Source: Bacteroidota bacterium
Lineage (GTDB): Bacteria; Bacteroidota; Bacteroidia; NS11-12g; UBA955
Direction of reading: 5' to 3'
Length of the DNA stretch: 64,000 bases
Assembly: GCA_947496065.1 (NCBI GenBank)
Contig: CANMBF010000011.1
Coordinates: 334 to 64,333, forward strand
Shown in pieces: positions 38,446 through 47,760 of the stretch. The number at the start of each line of letters is the position of its first letter. The first letter of the stretch is position 1. A model generated the notes under the pieces. The model was not told where the DNA came from. It made no database searches and saw only the letters and a list, made by a program, of their open reading frames with translations. The position numbers and the translations under genes were made by a program.

Positions 38446-41052
38446 ATGTTTATGAGGACTGTTTTATTCTGCTGCCTTTTTTTTTATGTATTTATTCCAA
38501 AATTAGATGCACAAAGTAAGCTATTGAATAAGCGTATTTCGTTGTCAATTAAAAAGCAAACAATACCTGAAATTTTAAAAATAATAGAAGAGAAGTCAGG
38601 TGCCTCATTTAACTACAACCAACGCATTATACCCGCAGGTAAATACTCACTAAAAGTAAAAGAGGAAGAATTAAGTGTCGTATTGGTTTTCTTATTGCAA
38701 CCTCATAAGCTTAACTTCAGTTTATTGTATGGCAATAATATTATCATTACCAAGCAAGCTTCTAAAGTTATTAAACATACAATTTCAGGGTTTGTTTATG
38801 ATGAATCGACAGGAGAAAAATTAATTAATGCGAATGTTTATAATCTCAATACATTAAAAGGCACCGCTACAAATCAGGATGGTTTTTACAGTTTGACACT
38901 TGAGGAAGATAGTGTTAACCTTGTATTTTCATATGTAGGATTCCATTCTGTTAGTGCTGTTTTTATGTTAGATGCCAATTTTATTTATAGTGTAAATTTG
39001 AAGTCAAATTTGAGTTTACCCTTGTTTACAATTAACTCGAAACCAGATAATAACACACAGTTTAAACCAGATGAATACCGATTAAATGCCAATACCCTAA
39101 AGCAGTTTCCAGTTTTATTTGGTGAAACAGATATTATTAAATCGTTACAATTATTGCCTGGGGTAAGTGCGGGCAATGATGGGACAACGGGACTAAATAT
39201 TCGAGGTGGTGGTCCTGATCAAAATTTAATTTTATTAGATGATGTGCCAGTTTATAATCCTTCCCATATTTATGGCTTTTTTAGTATTTTTAATTCGGAT
39301 GTTGTAAAAGATGTAACATTGGTTAAGGGAGGTATGAGTTCTCGATATGGGGGTCGATTGAGCAGTGTGATTGATGTTAGAACAATTGATGGAAATACTA
39401 AGAAAATTAATTGTCAATTCTCTATTGGTATTTTGGCTTCTAAATTCACCATGAATGGCCCAATAACAAAGAATAAAAAAACGACATTTGTTTTATCAGG
39501 AAGAAGATCATATCTCGATGTATTAAATAGTTTAACCCAAAGTAATTACTTCCAAAATCAATTTTCACCGATTTATTCAAGCTATTATTTTTATGATGTC
39601 AATGGTAAAATTAACCATCGGTTTAATGCTAAACATCAACTATCACTAACTTATTATAAAGGGATAGACAATTCTTTTATAAAAAATTCTTTTAAAGCAA
39701 AGGATCCAGAAAAAATTGTAACGGAAAAGGATGATCAAAATCTTTTTTGGGGTAATAAGTTAGCGTCATTGCGTTATAACCATGTCATCTCACCAAAACT
39801 CTTCGGATGGTTTTTAGTTTCATATAGTAAATATAATTTTGGGAATGAATCGCACTACGCCTACACAGAAAAAAATGATACACAAGCCCTTGAGACAAAA
39901 TATAATTATCGTTTTATTTCAATTATTAGAGACTGGAATGCCATGTATAATATCGATTACAAACCCATTAGTTGGTTAAATATAAAATCAGGCACTGGCT
40001 TTGTATTTCACCAGTTCGCCCGCGAAGTGAGTTCATCATCGTCAACAATTGTAAACAGTATTCCGCTAACAAAAGAATCCATTAATAGTATTGAATTTAA
40101 TGCGTATTCTGATGTATATATTAAATTTCATAGAAAGTTAAGTAGCACAATTGGTGCACATTATGCTCAGTTTAATTTACTGAGTACTCAATATTCTAGA
40201 GTTCAACCTAGGGTCAATATCAACTACAAACCACACAAGCACTTGCTTATTCATGCTTCGTATGCAACCTCAATGCAGTTTTTGCATTTATTAACGAATG
40301 CTACAGCAGGCTTGCCAATCGATTTATGGCTTCCGTCCACTAATAGAATTAAACCTGAATTTTCGGATATTGCAAGTTTTGGAATGAGTTATTCAAAAGG
40401 TAAATTCTTATTTAATATTGAAGGTTTTAATAAGAATATGAATAATCTTATTGAGTATAAAGAGCAAGCAAATTATATAGGGAAGGATAATAATTGGGAG
40501 GATAAAGTTACAACTGGAAGAGGCTGGGCCTATGGGTTAGAAAGCTTAATTGAAAAACGAACAGGTAAAACAACAGGTTGGTTAAGCTATACCTATAGTT
40601 GGAATTATCGGCAGTTTGATGCCATTAATGCTGGTAAAATATTTCCATATAAATACGATAGGCGACATAATTTAGCATTGGTTGTGAATCGCAAGTTTAA
40701 TGAAAAATTTGAAGGGACTATGACTTGGGTTTTTACAACAGGTGCAAATACAACCTTACCTATTCAGGTTTATTATGTCAATTCCGGAATTTCACCCGAG
40801 AATGCAGTTTATGTTTATGGAGACAGAAATGCCTTCAAATTTCCTAACTATCATCGCATGGATTTATGCCTAAATTACAAAAAGGAAAGGCCTAATTTTA
40901 CTAGAGTTTGGAGTATTGGGGTCTACAACGCATATAATAGACTCAACGCATTTTATGTCACACCAGCATATAATAAAAGTGGTGATAGAACCTTACAATT
41001 AGTTAGTTTATTTCCGATTCTACCCAACATTAGTTATAAATTTACATTTTGA
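38446..41052 (+). CDS. TonB-dependent receptor with N-terminal STN signalling domain and CarboxypepD_reg domain
   Basis: Signal peptide. STN-like segment (ISLSIKKQTIPEILKIIEEKSGASFNYN). ISGFVYDESTGEKL (carboxypeptidase-regulatory-like). Plug (ETDIIKSLQLLPGV...GGGPDQN). Beta-barrel ending in an aromatic residue (YKFTF). Confidence 0.85.
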   Translation: MFMRTVLFCCLFFYVFIPKLDAQSKLLNKRISLSIKKQTIPEILKIIEEKSGASFNYNQRIIPAGKYSLKVKEEELSVVLVFLLQPHKLNFSLLYGNNIIITKQASKVIKHTISGFVYDESTGEKLINANVYNLNTLKGTATNQDGFYSLTLEEDSVNLVFSYVGFHSVSAVFMLDANFIYSVNLKSNLSLPLFTINSKPDNNTQFKPDEYRLNANTLKQFPVLFGETDIIKSLQLLPGVSAGNDGTTGLNIRGGGPDQNLILLDDVPVYNPSHIYGFFSIFNSDVVKDVTLVKGGMSSRYGGRLSSVIDVRTIDGNTKKINCQFSIGILASKFTMNGPITKNKKTTFVLSGRRSYLDVLNSLTQSNYFQNQFSPIYSSYYFYDVNGKINHRFNAKHQLSLTYYKGIDNSFIKNSFKAKDPEKIVTEKDDQNLFWGNKLASLRYNHVISPKLFGWFLVSYSKYNFGNESHYAYTEKNDTQALETKYNYRFISIIRDWNAMYNIDYKPISWLNIKSGTGFVFHQFAREVSSSSSTIVNSIPLTKESINSIEFNAYSDVYIKFHRKLSSTIGAHYAQFNLLSTQYSRVQPRVNINYKPHKHLLIHASYATSMQFLHLLTNATAGLPIDLWLPSTNRIKPEFSDIASFGMSYSKGKFLFNIEGFNKNMNNLIEYKEQANYIGKDNNWEDKVTTGRGWAYGLESLIEKRTGKTTGWLSYTYSWNYRQFDAINAGKIFPYKYDRRHNLALVVNRKFNEKFEGTMTWVFTTGANTTLPIQVYYVNSGISPENAVYVYGDRNAFKFPNYHRMDLCLNYKKERPNFTRVWSIGVYNAYNRLNAFYVTPAYNKSGDRTLQLVSLFPILPNISYKFTF

Positions 41053-41948
41053 AACAATTTAGATACATATTATTTGTAGTTGTTTTTCTTTCATGTAGAA
41101 AGGAAATAGAATTTAAATTGCCTCCTGGAACCCAATCTTTAGTCGTTAATTCAAATTTATGCAGTGATAGTTTGATTACTTTTAAATTAACCTACACGCA
41201 AGCGATAAATGATAACAGTGCACTTATTACTGAGAATAATGCAACCATAGAATTATTCGATAAAGATTCTTTGCTGTTGGAGAAAATTACTACTTCGCAA
41301 AATGGTTTTTACCAAACAATTAATACCAAAGCCAAAGCATCTAATTGTTATTTATTGAAAATATCGACACCCCAATCCATTTTTTGGATGAAGGATAGTT
41401 GCCCAGGAAAGTGTATCGCTTCGATTTTGAAAGTTGACAGTACCATATTTCAAGGCAAAGCAAATTTTTACAGAATTAAGTTTCAAATAAAGGATTTACA
41501 AACATGCGCAAACTATTATGGGTTAAAATTGAAACATACCTACGAAAGTTATATAAGTGGCGGAGGTAGTAAGCAAGATACTCTGCTTATTGATGAATGG
41601 GTAGATGTAGAAACCAATGACCCCATATTAACGCAATATGATAACAATAAATATACTAAAAAACATTTGTTGTTCGATGACGCATTTTTTAATAAGGGTA
41701 TCATTGATTTTAGCTTTGGAACCTCTGCAATAAACAATTCGAGCACAAGAAAAACCAAGCAGTTAAGCATAGATCTCGAACAATTTTCTTCAGATGGGTA
41801 CCAATTTTATACAACACTCTTCGAACATATGTTTTATCAAAATGACCCCTTTTCTCAGCCAACCATGGTAAAGGGCAATATTAATGGTGCTTATGGTAGC
41901 TTTATTGGTAAAAATATCAATAGAACTATAATTCTGTTCAAATATTAA
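41049..41948 (+). CDS. DUF4249-like lipoprotein partner of the TonB receptor
   Basis: TTG start within a TTGA overlap. Lipobox FLSC. Position directly after this receptor subclass matches the usual DUF4249 arrangement. Confidence 0.55.
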   Translation: MKQFRYILFVVVFLSCRKEIEFKLPPGTQSLVVNSNLCSDSLITFKLTYTQAINDNSALITENNATIELFDKDSLLLEKITTSQNGFYQTINTKAKASNCYLLKISTPQSIFWMKDSCPGKCIASILKVDSTIFQGKANFYRIKFQIKDLQTCANYYGLKLKHTYESYISGGGSKQDTLLIDEWVDVETNDPILTQYDNNKYTKKHLLFDDAFFNKGIIDFSFGTSAINNSSTRKTKQLSIDLEQFSSDGYQFYTTLFEHMFYQNDPFSQPTMVKGNINGAYGSFIGKNINRTIILFKY

Positions 41949-41998
41949 TTTCATTATTTGATATAGATGCTTGATTTTTGCAAAAAATATTAAAATAA

Positions 41999-42919
41999 AT
42001 GAGTTTATTAGTAACGGGTACAGTTGCATTTGATGCGATAGAAACACCCTTTGGTAAAACAGACAAAATAATTGGAGGAGCTGCAACTTATGTGAGTTTA
42101 GCTGCTTCCTATTTCACAAAGGATATTGGCTTAATTGCTGTGGTAGGCGATGACTTCCCACAAGCATATATACAATTATTAAATGATAAAGGGATTGATA
42201 CAAATGGTCTGCAAATAAAAGAAAATGAAAAATCATTTTTTTGGAGTGGCCGATATTTCAATGACATGAACAGCAGAGAGACTTTAGTCACCGAATTAAA
42301 TGTTTTGGCTAATTTTGATCCTATGGTTCCTGAAAATTGGACAACACCTGATTTCTTAATGTTAGGCAATTTAGCACCAGTTGTTCAAAGTACTTTGATA
42401 AGCCGTTTAAGTAAAAGACCAAAGCTAGTTGTAATGGATACTATGAATTTTTGGATGGATATTGCCATGGATGATTTGAAAGCAGCCCTTAAAATGGTAG
42501 ATGTTTTAACCATAAATGACGAAGAAGCTAGACAGCTATCCGGAGAATACAGCTTGGTAAAGGCTGCTAAAAAAATAGGTGAAATGGGGCCTCAGTATTT
42601 AATTATAAAAAAAGGTGAGCATGGTGCATTGTTGTTTCATAAAGACCAAGTCTTTTTTGCCCCTGCAATGCTATTAGAAGACGTATTTGACCCAACAGGA
42701 GCAGGTGATACTTTTGCTGGTGGTTTCATAGGCTGGCTAGCTAAAACTGGTGATATTAGTTTTGAGAACATGAAAAGAGCGATTATATATGGCAGTGCGA
42801 TGGCCAGTTTCTGTGTTGAAAAATTTGGAACAGAAAATATTTTATCAATTACTGAGGAACAGTTAAATACCAGGGTAAAGGCGTTTCAAGCGCTGAGCAG
42901 CGTTGAGATGATGCTATAA
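41999..42919 (+). CDS. PfkB-family carbohydrate/nucleoside kinase
   Basis: DPTGAGDTFAGGF ATP-binding signature and an N-terminal GG dipeptide region (IIGGAATY). Confidence 0.8.
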   Translation: MSLLVTGTVAFDAIETPFGKTDKIIGGAATYVSLAASYFTKDIGLIAVVGDDFPQAYIQLLNDKGIDTNGLQIKENEKSFFWSGRYFNDMNSRETLVTELNVLANFDPMVPENWTTPDFLMLGNLAPVVQSTLISRLSKRPKLVVMDTMNFWMDIAMDDLKAALKMVDVLTINDEEARQLSGEYSLVKAAKKIGEMGPQYLIIKKGEHGALLFHKDQVFFAPAMLLEDVFDPTGAGDTFAGGFIGWLAKTGDISFENMKRAIIYGSAMASFCVEKFGTENILSITEEQLNTRVKAFQALSSVEMML

Positions 42920-42940
42920 TTGTTCTATTAATAAAATACT

Positions 42941-43495
42941 ATGCTTAATGCACATCAGGTATTGCATGGTTATGCGAACGGCATATTTCCGATGGCAGAG
43001 CCTGACGAAGACAATGCCATCTATTGGTATGAACCTGAATTAAGAGGCGTTTTATTACCATCAGAGTTTAAATGTCCTAAAAATCTTAAGCGAGAGTATA
43101 AAAAGGGAAAGTTCCAATACATCATTAACAAAGATTTTGAGGGGACCATGCGTGCTTGTGCCATGCGAGAAGAAACCTGGATTTCTGAAGAGATTATTGA
43201 AGTCTATTGTGGACTAAAAGAGATGGGCTATGGCTTTAGTTTTGAGGTTTGGGATGGGAATGTGCTTATTGGAGGATTATATGGCGTGGCCATGGGTAAG
43301 GTTTTTTTTGGTGAAAGTATGTTTCATGCCATAACAAATGCTAGTAAATTGGCACTTGTATTTTTAATGGAGTGGATGGTACAACTGGATTTTAAATTAT
43401 TAGATTGTCAATTTATAACCACACATTTAAAACAATTTGGGGCGAAGGAAATTCCACAATCTGAATATCTTAAAATGCTTAAAAACAGCTTATAA
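42941..43495 (+). CDS. aat: leucyl/phenylalanyl-tRNA--protein transferase
   Basis: GIFPM, WYEPELRGVL, GGLYGVAMGKVFFGESMF and a C-terminal LDCQ motif. Confidence 0.8.
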   Translation: MLNAHQVLHGYANGIFPMAEPDEDNAIYWYEPELRGVLLPSEFKCPKNLKREYKKGKFQYIINKDFEGTMRACAMREETWISEEIIEVYCGLKEMGYGFSFEVWDGNVLIGGLYGVAMGKVFFGESMFHAITNASKLALVFLMEWMVQLDFKLLDCQFITTHLKQFGAKEIPQSEYLKMLKNSL

Positions 43496-43505
43496 TTATG
43501 AGCAT

Positions 43506-43540
43506 AAAAAAAGCGCTTCAAATTTTTGAAGCGCTTTTTT
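43506..43540. terminator. bidirectional Rho-independent terminator between convergent aat and ompA-like genes
   Basis: An A-run (43506-43512), the stem GCGCTTCAAA / TTTGAAGCGC, and a T-run (43535-40). The flanks are symmetric, so it can act on both strands. Confidence 0.8.
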
Positions 43541-43557
43541 ATTATGAATGTTTTTAA

Positions 43558-45096
43558 TTAATAAGTTAATTTAAAATCAACTCTTCTGTTTTTTGCTTTA
43601 CCATCTTTGGTTTTGTTATCCGCAATTGGCTGGGAATCACCAAAACCTGTAGCGGTTAATCTCATTGCAGCAATACCTTTGTTTACTAAGTATGCTTTTA
43701 CTGCATCTGCGCGTTTCTGAGATAACTCAAGATTTGATGCAGAAACACCTACATTATCAGTATGGCCATCAACAGATACGTTAGCTTCTGGGTATTCATT
43801 TAAGATTTTAACCAAAGCATCTAAATCATCGTAAGAGTCAGTTTTGATAATATCTTTACCTGTTTCGAAATTGATTCCTTTAGCAGCTAAAGCAATTTTA
43901 GCAATAACTTCTTGTTTAATTTCAGGACAACCTTTGTTTGCAATGGTACCTGGTACTGTTTTACAAACGTCTTTGTTATCATAAACGCCATCACCATCTG
44001 AGTCAGGGCAACCTTCGCCTTCAACTGGACCCGCAATGTTTACACATTTATCTTTTCTGTCTTCAATGCCATCACCATCTGTATCAGGACAGCCATTGAA
44101 TTCTTTGGCACCTTTAACTTCAGGGCATTGGTCGTCTTTGTCAAGAACACCATCACCGTCTGTATCTGGGCAACCATTAAATTCTACTGGACCTGCTTTA
44201 TCAGGACAAGCATCTAATTTATCCATGATACCGTCACCATCTTTATCAGGACATCCGTTGAATTTACGTGGTCCGAACTGGTAAGGGCAGCTATCTTGGT
44301 AATCAGGTATTGTATCGAGATCTGAATCTTTAGGACAACCTTCTTCGTTAACAGGGAATTGAGAAGGCAATGTTTTTGGACATTTATCCAATTTATCAGG
44401 CACCCCATCTTTATCTTTATCTTTCAGGCCAGAGCCGCCGCCAGCAGCAGCATCACCATAGGGCATGTTATAGAATACGCCTAGTGAATGAAACATAAAC
44501 ATATCATTGTTTTTGTTTCTAGTGTGTGTCAAATAAGTGAATGGAGCTCCATCCCAAATATCATTAAAGGTATAGTTCGCTACAGATTGTAAACGCACGC
44601 CAAATTTTTCGTTAATACTATATTGAAGACCAAAGCCGCCAGCTAAGTTACCTGCTGCACCGGTGTAAGAATCAGGGCTTTTACTTACATTGCTATGAAT
44701 GTAAACACCACCTGCACCAAGCATTAAATAAGGTGTAAATGGTTTGTCTTTTAATAATTTCAAGCGAATACCACCATTTAATGTGGCAACGTTAGTTCTA
44801 AAGGTTTGGTAAGTGAGATTAGGCAAAACAAATGGAACGAATGTTTGAAACCCAACATCACCACCTGATCCAAACAGACATACGTCAATATTCGGATTTA
44901 AATAGTAACTAATAGAACCGCCAATACCTTGATAATTAGGTTTTCGCGCGAAAAAGAGAGCAGAGCCTAAATCACCTTGGTACTCATTAATGCCACCATT
45001 AATTTCGAGACCAAGCCTACGGTCGGCGGATTGAGAAAATGCCTGAAATATAAATATATAGGCAAGAAATGTAAGTAGTAAATGTTTTTTCATCAT
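43558..45096 (-). CDS. OmpA-family outer-membrane protein with thrombospondin type-3 (calcium-binding) repeats
   Basis: Signal peptide. N-terminal beta-barrel. Repeated DxDxDGxxDxxDxCP units. C-terminal OmpA domain (GHTDNVGVSASNLELSQKRA...NRRVDF). Confidence 0.85.
   Translation of the reverse strand: MMKKHLLLTFLAYIFIFQAFSQSADRRLGLEINGGINEYQGDLGSALFFARKPNYQGIGGSISYYLNPNIDVCLFGSGGDVGFQTFVPFVLPNLTYQTFRTNVATLNGGIRLKLLKDKPFTPYLMLGAGGVYIHSNVSKSPDSYTGAAGNLAGGFGLQYSINEKFGVRLQSVANYTFNDIWDGAPFTYLTHTRNKNNDMFMFHSLGVFYNMPYGDAAAGGGSGLKDKDKDGVPDKLDKCPKTLPSQFPVNEEGCPKDSDLDTIPDYQDSCPYQFGPRKFNGCPDKDGDGIMDKLDACPDKAGPVEFNGCPDTDGDGVLDKDDQCPEVKGAKEFNGCPDTDGDGIEDRKDKCVNIAGPVEGEGCPDSDGDGVYDNKDVCKTVPGTIANKGCPEIKQEVIAKIALAAKGINFETGKDIIKTDSYDDLDALVKILNEYPEANVSVDGHTDNVGVSASNLELSQKRADAVKAYLVNKGIAAMRLTATGFGDSQPIADNKTKDGKAKNRRVDFKLTY
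43944..44424 (-). repeat. tandem TSP type-3 repeat coding units
   Basis: CPDKDGDGIMDKLDACP, CPDTDGDGVLDKDDQCP, CPDTDGDGIEDRKDKC and CPDSDGDGVYDNKDVC recur. The same periodic DNA also creates a spurious antisense ORF. Confidence 0.75.
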
Positions 45097-45124
45097 AAGC
45101 TGTATTAAAATTTTACAAAAGTTT

Positions 45125-45132
45125 TACAACCC
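45125..45132 (-). promoter_or_regulatory. candidate -7 promoter element TATATTTG upstream of the ompA-like gene
   Basis: Exact TAnnTTTG on the minus strand, 28 nt upstream of the ATG at 45096. Confidence 0.35.
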
Positions 45133-45182
45133 GACAAATATATAAAAAGGATTAACTTATACTACAATTTTTTAAAAAAAAT

Positions 45183-45635
45183 TTAATTTGATATAAATAT
45201 TGTGTTAAGAGATTGGGTAATATTGTATTGCTTAAGAGGAAAGCGAGCAGGTGATTGCGACACCGAACCATCAAAAAAGAAACGGGATTCGCAGCATTTA
45301 ATAAACCCTTTTGCAGTGGTCTGTCCGCACCTAAATTGAAGGAAAGCGCTATCAACTTCCAATTTTGAGCAGCTAACAGAGTTGGGCTGATAACTGCAAG
45401 CACGATCGAAGGCGTAGAAATTATCATCCGTATGGTGCACCAATATTATTCCTTTTACACCTCCAGTCAGAAAAATAAATGAACCAACATTCTGTAAATG
45501 GAAATTGCTAGGCAAATTCAGATTAACAGTAATACTCACTGGGACATTGTCAATTGGCTCTGGATTACTATTATTTGAGTTCTTTGCACAACCATACCCA
45601 AGTATAAGTACGATAAAAATGAGTAACCTATTCAT
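45183..45635 (-). CDS. hypothetical Cys-rich lipoprotein
   Basis: Start moved to MNRLLIFIVLILGYGC (lipobox). Six further Cys residues lie in the C-terminal half. No confident family assignment. Confidence 0.5.
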   Translation of the reverse strand: MNRLLIFIVLILGYGCAKNSNNSNPEPIDNVPVSITVNLNLPSNFHLQNVGSFIFLTGGVKGIILVHHTDDNFYAFDRACSYQPNSVSCSKLEVDSAFLQFRCGQTTAKGFIKCCESRFFFDGSVSQSPARFPLKQYNITQSLNTIFISN

Positions 45636-46476
45636 ATGTATAAAATCCTTCCTTACTTTTTCTTCCGTGTAATCCAGCATCTACTTTTTGTTTTTGAATC
45701 CTGCTTGGTCTAAAACGTGGTTCATAATTGAATAAAAGATATTGGCTTTCAGTAACTGAATAATTCGTATCAACCCCTATTAAATCCATCAATTTAAAGG
45801 GTCCCATTTTGAAACCTGATGCTTCCATAATTGCATCCACATTATCAAAAGTACAAATACCTTCTTCTATAATTTTTAAAGCTTCTACATAATAAAGACG
45901 TGCAATTCTATTGACAATAAAACCTGGCGCATCGGCAGCAATGACCGGTTCTTTTTTGAGTTTTACAATAAAATCTGTAGCGATAGTAACGATTGCAGCA
46001 TCTGTTTTAGCACCTCTTATAATTTCAACCAACTTCATAATTTGAGCAGGGTTAAAAAAATGTATGCCTATAAATTGACTAGCATACGGCAATTTGGAAG
46101 CTATTTGGGTAATTGGAATCGAGGATGTGTTACTTGCATAAATGGTTTGTGACCCATTTAAGTTCATTAATTTTAGAAATAAATCAATCTTCACTTCTAA
46201 CTTTTCAATAATGGCTTCAATAATAAGATCGGCTTTTACCAATTCGATATTTGAAATGAATTGAATGCTATTGAGAATGGTTTCTGCTTCTTCGGTGCTT
46301 ATTTTACCTAGACTATTTAATTTACTAAGCGATTGTTGAATGCCATCCTTGGCCTTAAGCAGCATTTTTTCGTTAATGTCAAATAAAATAACCTTGTAAT
46401 TGGCTTGGGCACAAACTTGTGCAATGCCTGCACCCATTGTGCCTGCGCCTGCTATAGCAATTGTTTTGATTTCCAT
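45628..46476 (-). CDS. 3-hydroxyacyl-CoA (3-hydroxybutyryl-CoA) dehydrogenase
   Basis: IAIAGAGTMGAGIA Rossmann motif, SNTSS, and the HFFNP signature. Confidence 0.85.
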   Translation of the reverse strand: MEIKTIAIAGAGTMGAGIAQVCAQANYKVILFDINEKMLLKAKDGIQQSLSKLNSLGKISTEEAETILNSIQFISNIELVKADLIIEAIIEKLEVKIDLFLKLMNLNGSQTIYASNTSSIPITQIASKLPYASQFIGIHFFNPAQIMKLVEIIRGAKTDAAIVTIATDFIVKLKKEPVIAADAPGFIVNRIARLYYVEALKIIEEGICTFDNVDAIMEASGFKMGPFKLMDLIGVDTNYSVTESQYLLFNYEPRFRPSRIQKQKVDAGLHGRKSKEGFYTYE

Positions 46477-46482
46477 TGTTGT

Positions 46483-47760
46483 TTATTTTTTAGCTAACCA
46501 AATTTCTGGATTTTGCTTATCTTGATTGAGCCAAATCTCAAAATGAATTTCCGTGGCTCCATCCTCATCTTCATCAACCGTCCCAATGGTTTGTTTTAAA
46601 CTTAAGGTTTGGCCCTGACTGACCGTAATATTTTTCAACTTTGAATAAACTGTAAAATACTCGCCATGGTTGACCAATACTGTCTTTCCCATTCCAGGAA
46701 TAGAAATGATAGCCGCAACTGTTCCTTTATAAACGCAACGCGCTGCTGAACCACTGATTGACTGAATATCTAAACCATTATTTTGAATCATCACTTGGTC
46801 GAGTTTCGCATGGGCATGGGTTCCGAAACGTTCTGAGATAAATCCTTTCTCGACCGGCCAAGGCAATTTGCCTTTATTGGAAGCAAAATTGTCCGAAAGT
46901 TCTTTGGCTTCTGGTGTTAGAAAAGGCTCTTTAACGTTTACTTTGGGATCAGATTTGTTACTATTGTCAGATTTGGGTTCTTTCTTCGCTGTTTTACTTG
47001 CTTGTTCTTTGGCCTTCTTGCGGGCTTCTGCAATTTCTTTAGCTATAATCGCATTGATTTGCGCATTTAGATTCTCCTTTGCTCTTTTTTGTTTATCAAG
47101 CTGCACCTTCAATTCTTTTTCTTTTCCGGTTAAAGAAATAATGGCCTTATTTTTTTGTGTTTTGTCTTGTTCGAGTTCACTAACCTCTGATTCCTTGTTT
47201 TTAACCAATAATTCTTTTGATACTTTTAACCCTAAAAGCTCTGCTAAATGCTGTTCTAGTTCTCTTTTGTTATGATCTATTTTAACTAAAAAACGTGTTT
47301 GCGCTGCGGAGAGGTATTGTATAAATTTTAGTCTTTGAAATAATTGGTTGAATGATTTGGCAGCAAATAGGTAAAGGGCGTTATTGTAAACTTTTCTGTT
47401 TTTATAGGATTGAACAATGGCTTGGGCATAATTCTTTTTTTCCTTGTCGAGTTGAGAATTTAAACTGTCAATGTCATCCTTCTTTTGCTCTACATCGTTG
47501 TTAACATATTGGATTTCGCTATTGATGGTGGTTATGAGTTCCTCTCTTTTTTCAATTAAGCGACTAATTGAAACCAATTCCTTTAAACTTTGATTTTTCT
47601 TACTTTTAGTTTCGTTTAGGATTTTTTTAGTCAGTGCTATTTGCTCCTCAGTCTGCTTTCTTTGTTTCTCAAGGTCCTTGCGCGATGTTTGGCCATTTAA
47701 TTGGCTAGCAAGAAATAGCAGGGCTAGTAATATACAATTGAATCTATTTACATTTTTCAT
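46483..47760 (-). CDS. M23-family murein DD-endopeptidase with long coiled coil (EnvC-like)
   Basis: Start moved to MKNVNRFNCILLALLFLASQ (signal peptide). K/E/Q-rich coiled coil. C-terminal LytM domain (GLDI, VLVNHGEYFTVYSKL, EIHFEIW). Confidence 0.8.
   Translation of the reverse strand: MKNVNRFNCILLALLFLASQLNGQTSRKDLEKQRKQTEEQIALTKKILNETKSKKNQSLKELVSISRLIEKREELITTINSEIQYVNNDVEQKKDDIDSLNSQLDKEKKNYAQAIVQSYKNRKVYNNALYLFAAKSFNQLFQRLKFIQYLSAAQTRFLVKIDHNKRELEQHLAELLGLKVSKELLVKNKESEVSELEQDKTQKNKAIISLTGKEKELKVQLDKQKRAKENLNAQINAIIAKEIAEARKKAKEQASKTAKKEPKSDNSNKSDPKVNVKEPFLTPEAKELSDNFASNKGKLPWPVEKGFISERFGTHAHAKLDQVMIQNNGLDIQSISGSAARCVYKGTVAAIISIPGMGKTVLVNHGEYFTVYSKLKNITVSQGQTLSLKQTIGTVDEDEDGATEIHFEIWLNQDKQNPEIWLAKK

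Noticed and set aside
44036-44284. 82-aa plus-strand ORF antisense to the OmpA/TSP3 gene
   Set aside because: It is a by-product of the periodic TSP3 repeat DNA. The translated product (PSPSVSGQPLNS repeats) simply mirrors the repeat.
46868-47275. 135-aa plus-strand ORF antisense to the M23 peptidase gene
   Set aside because: It lies opposite the K/E/Q-rich coiled-coil region. AAG/GAA-rich sense codons give a stop-free S/L/F/C-rich antisense frame. The product is low-complexity, with no start context or motif.
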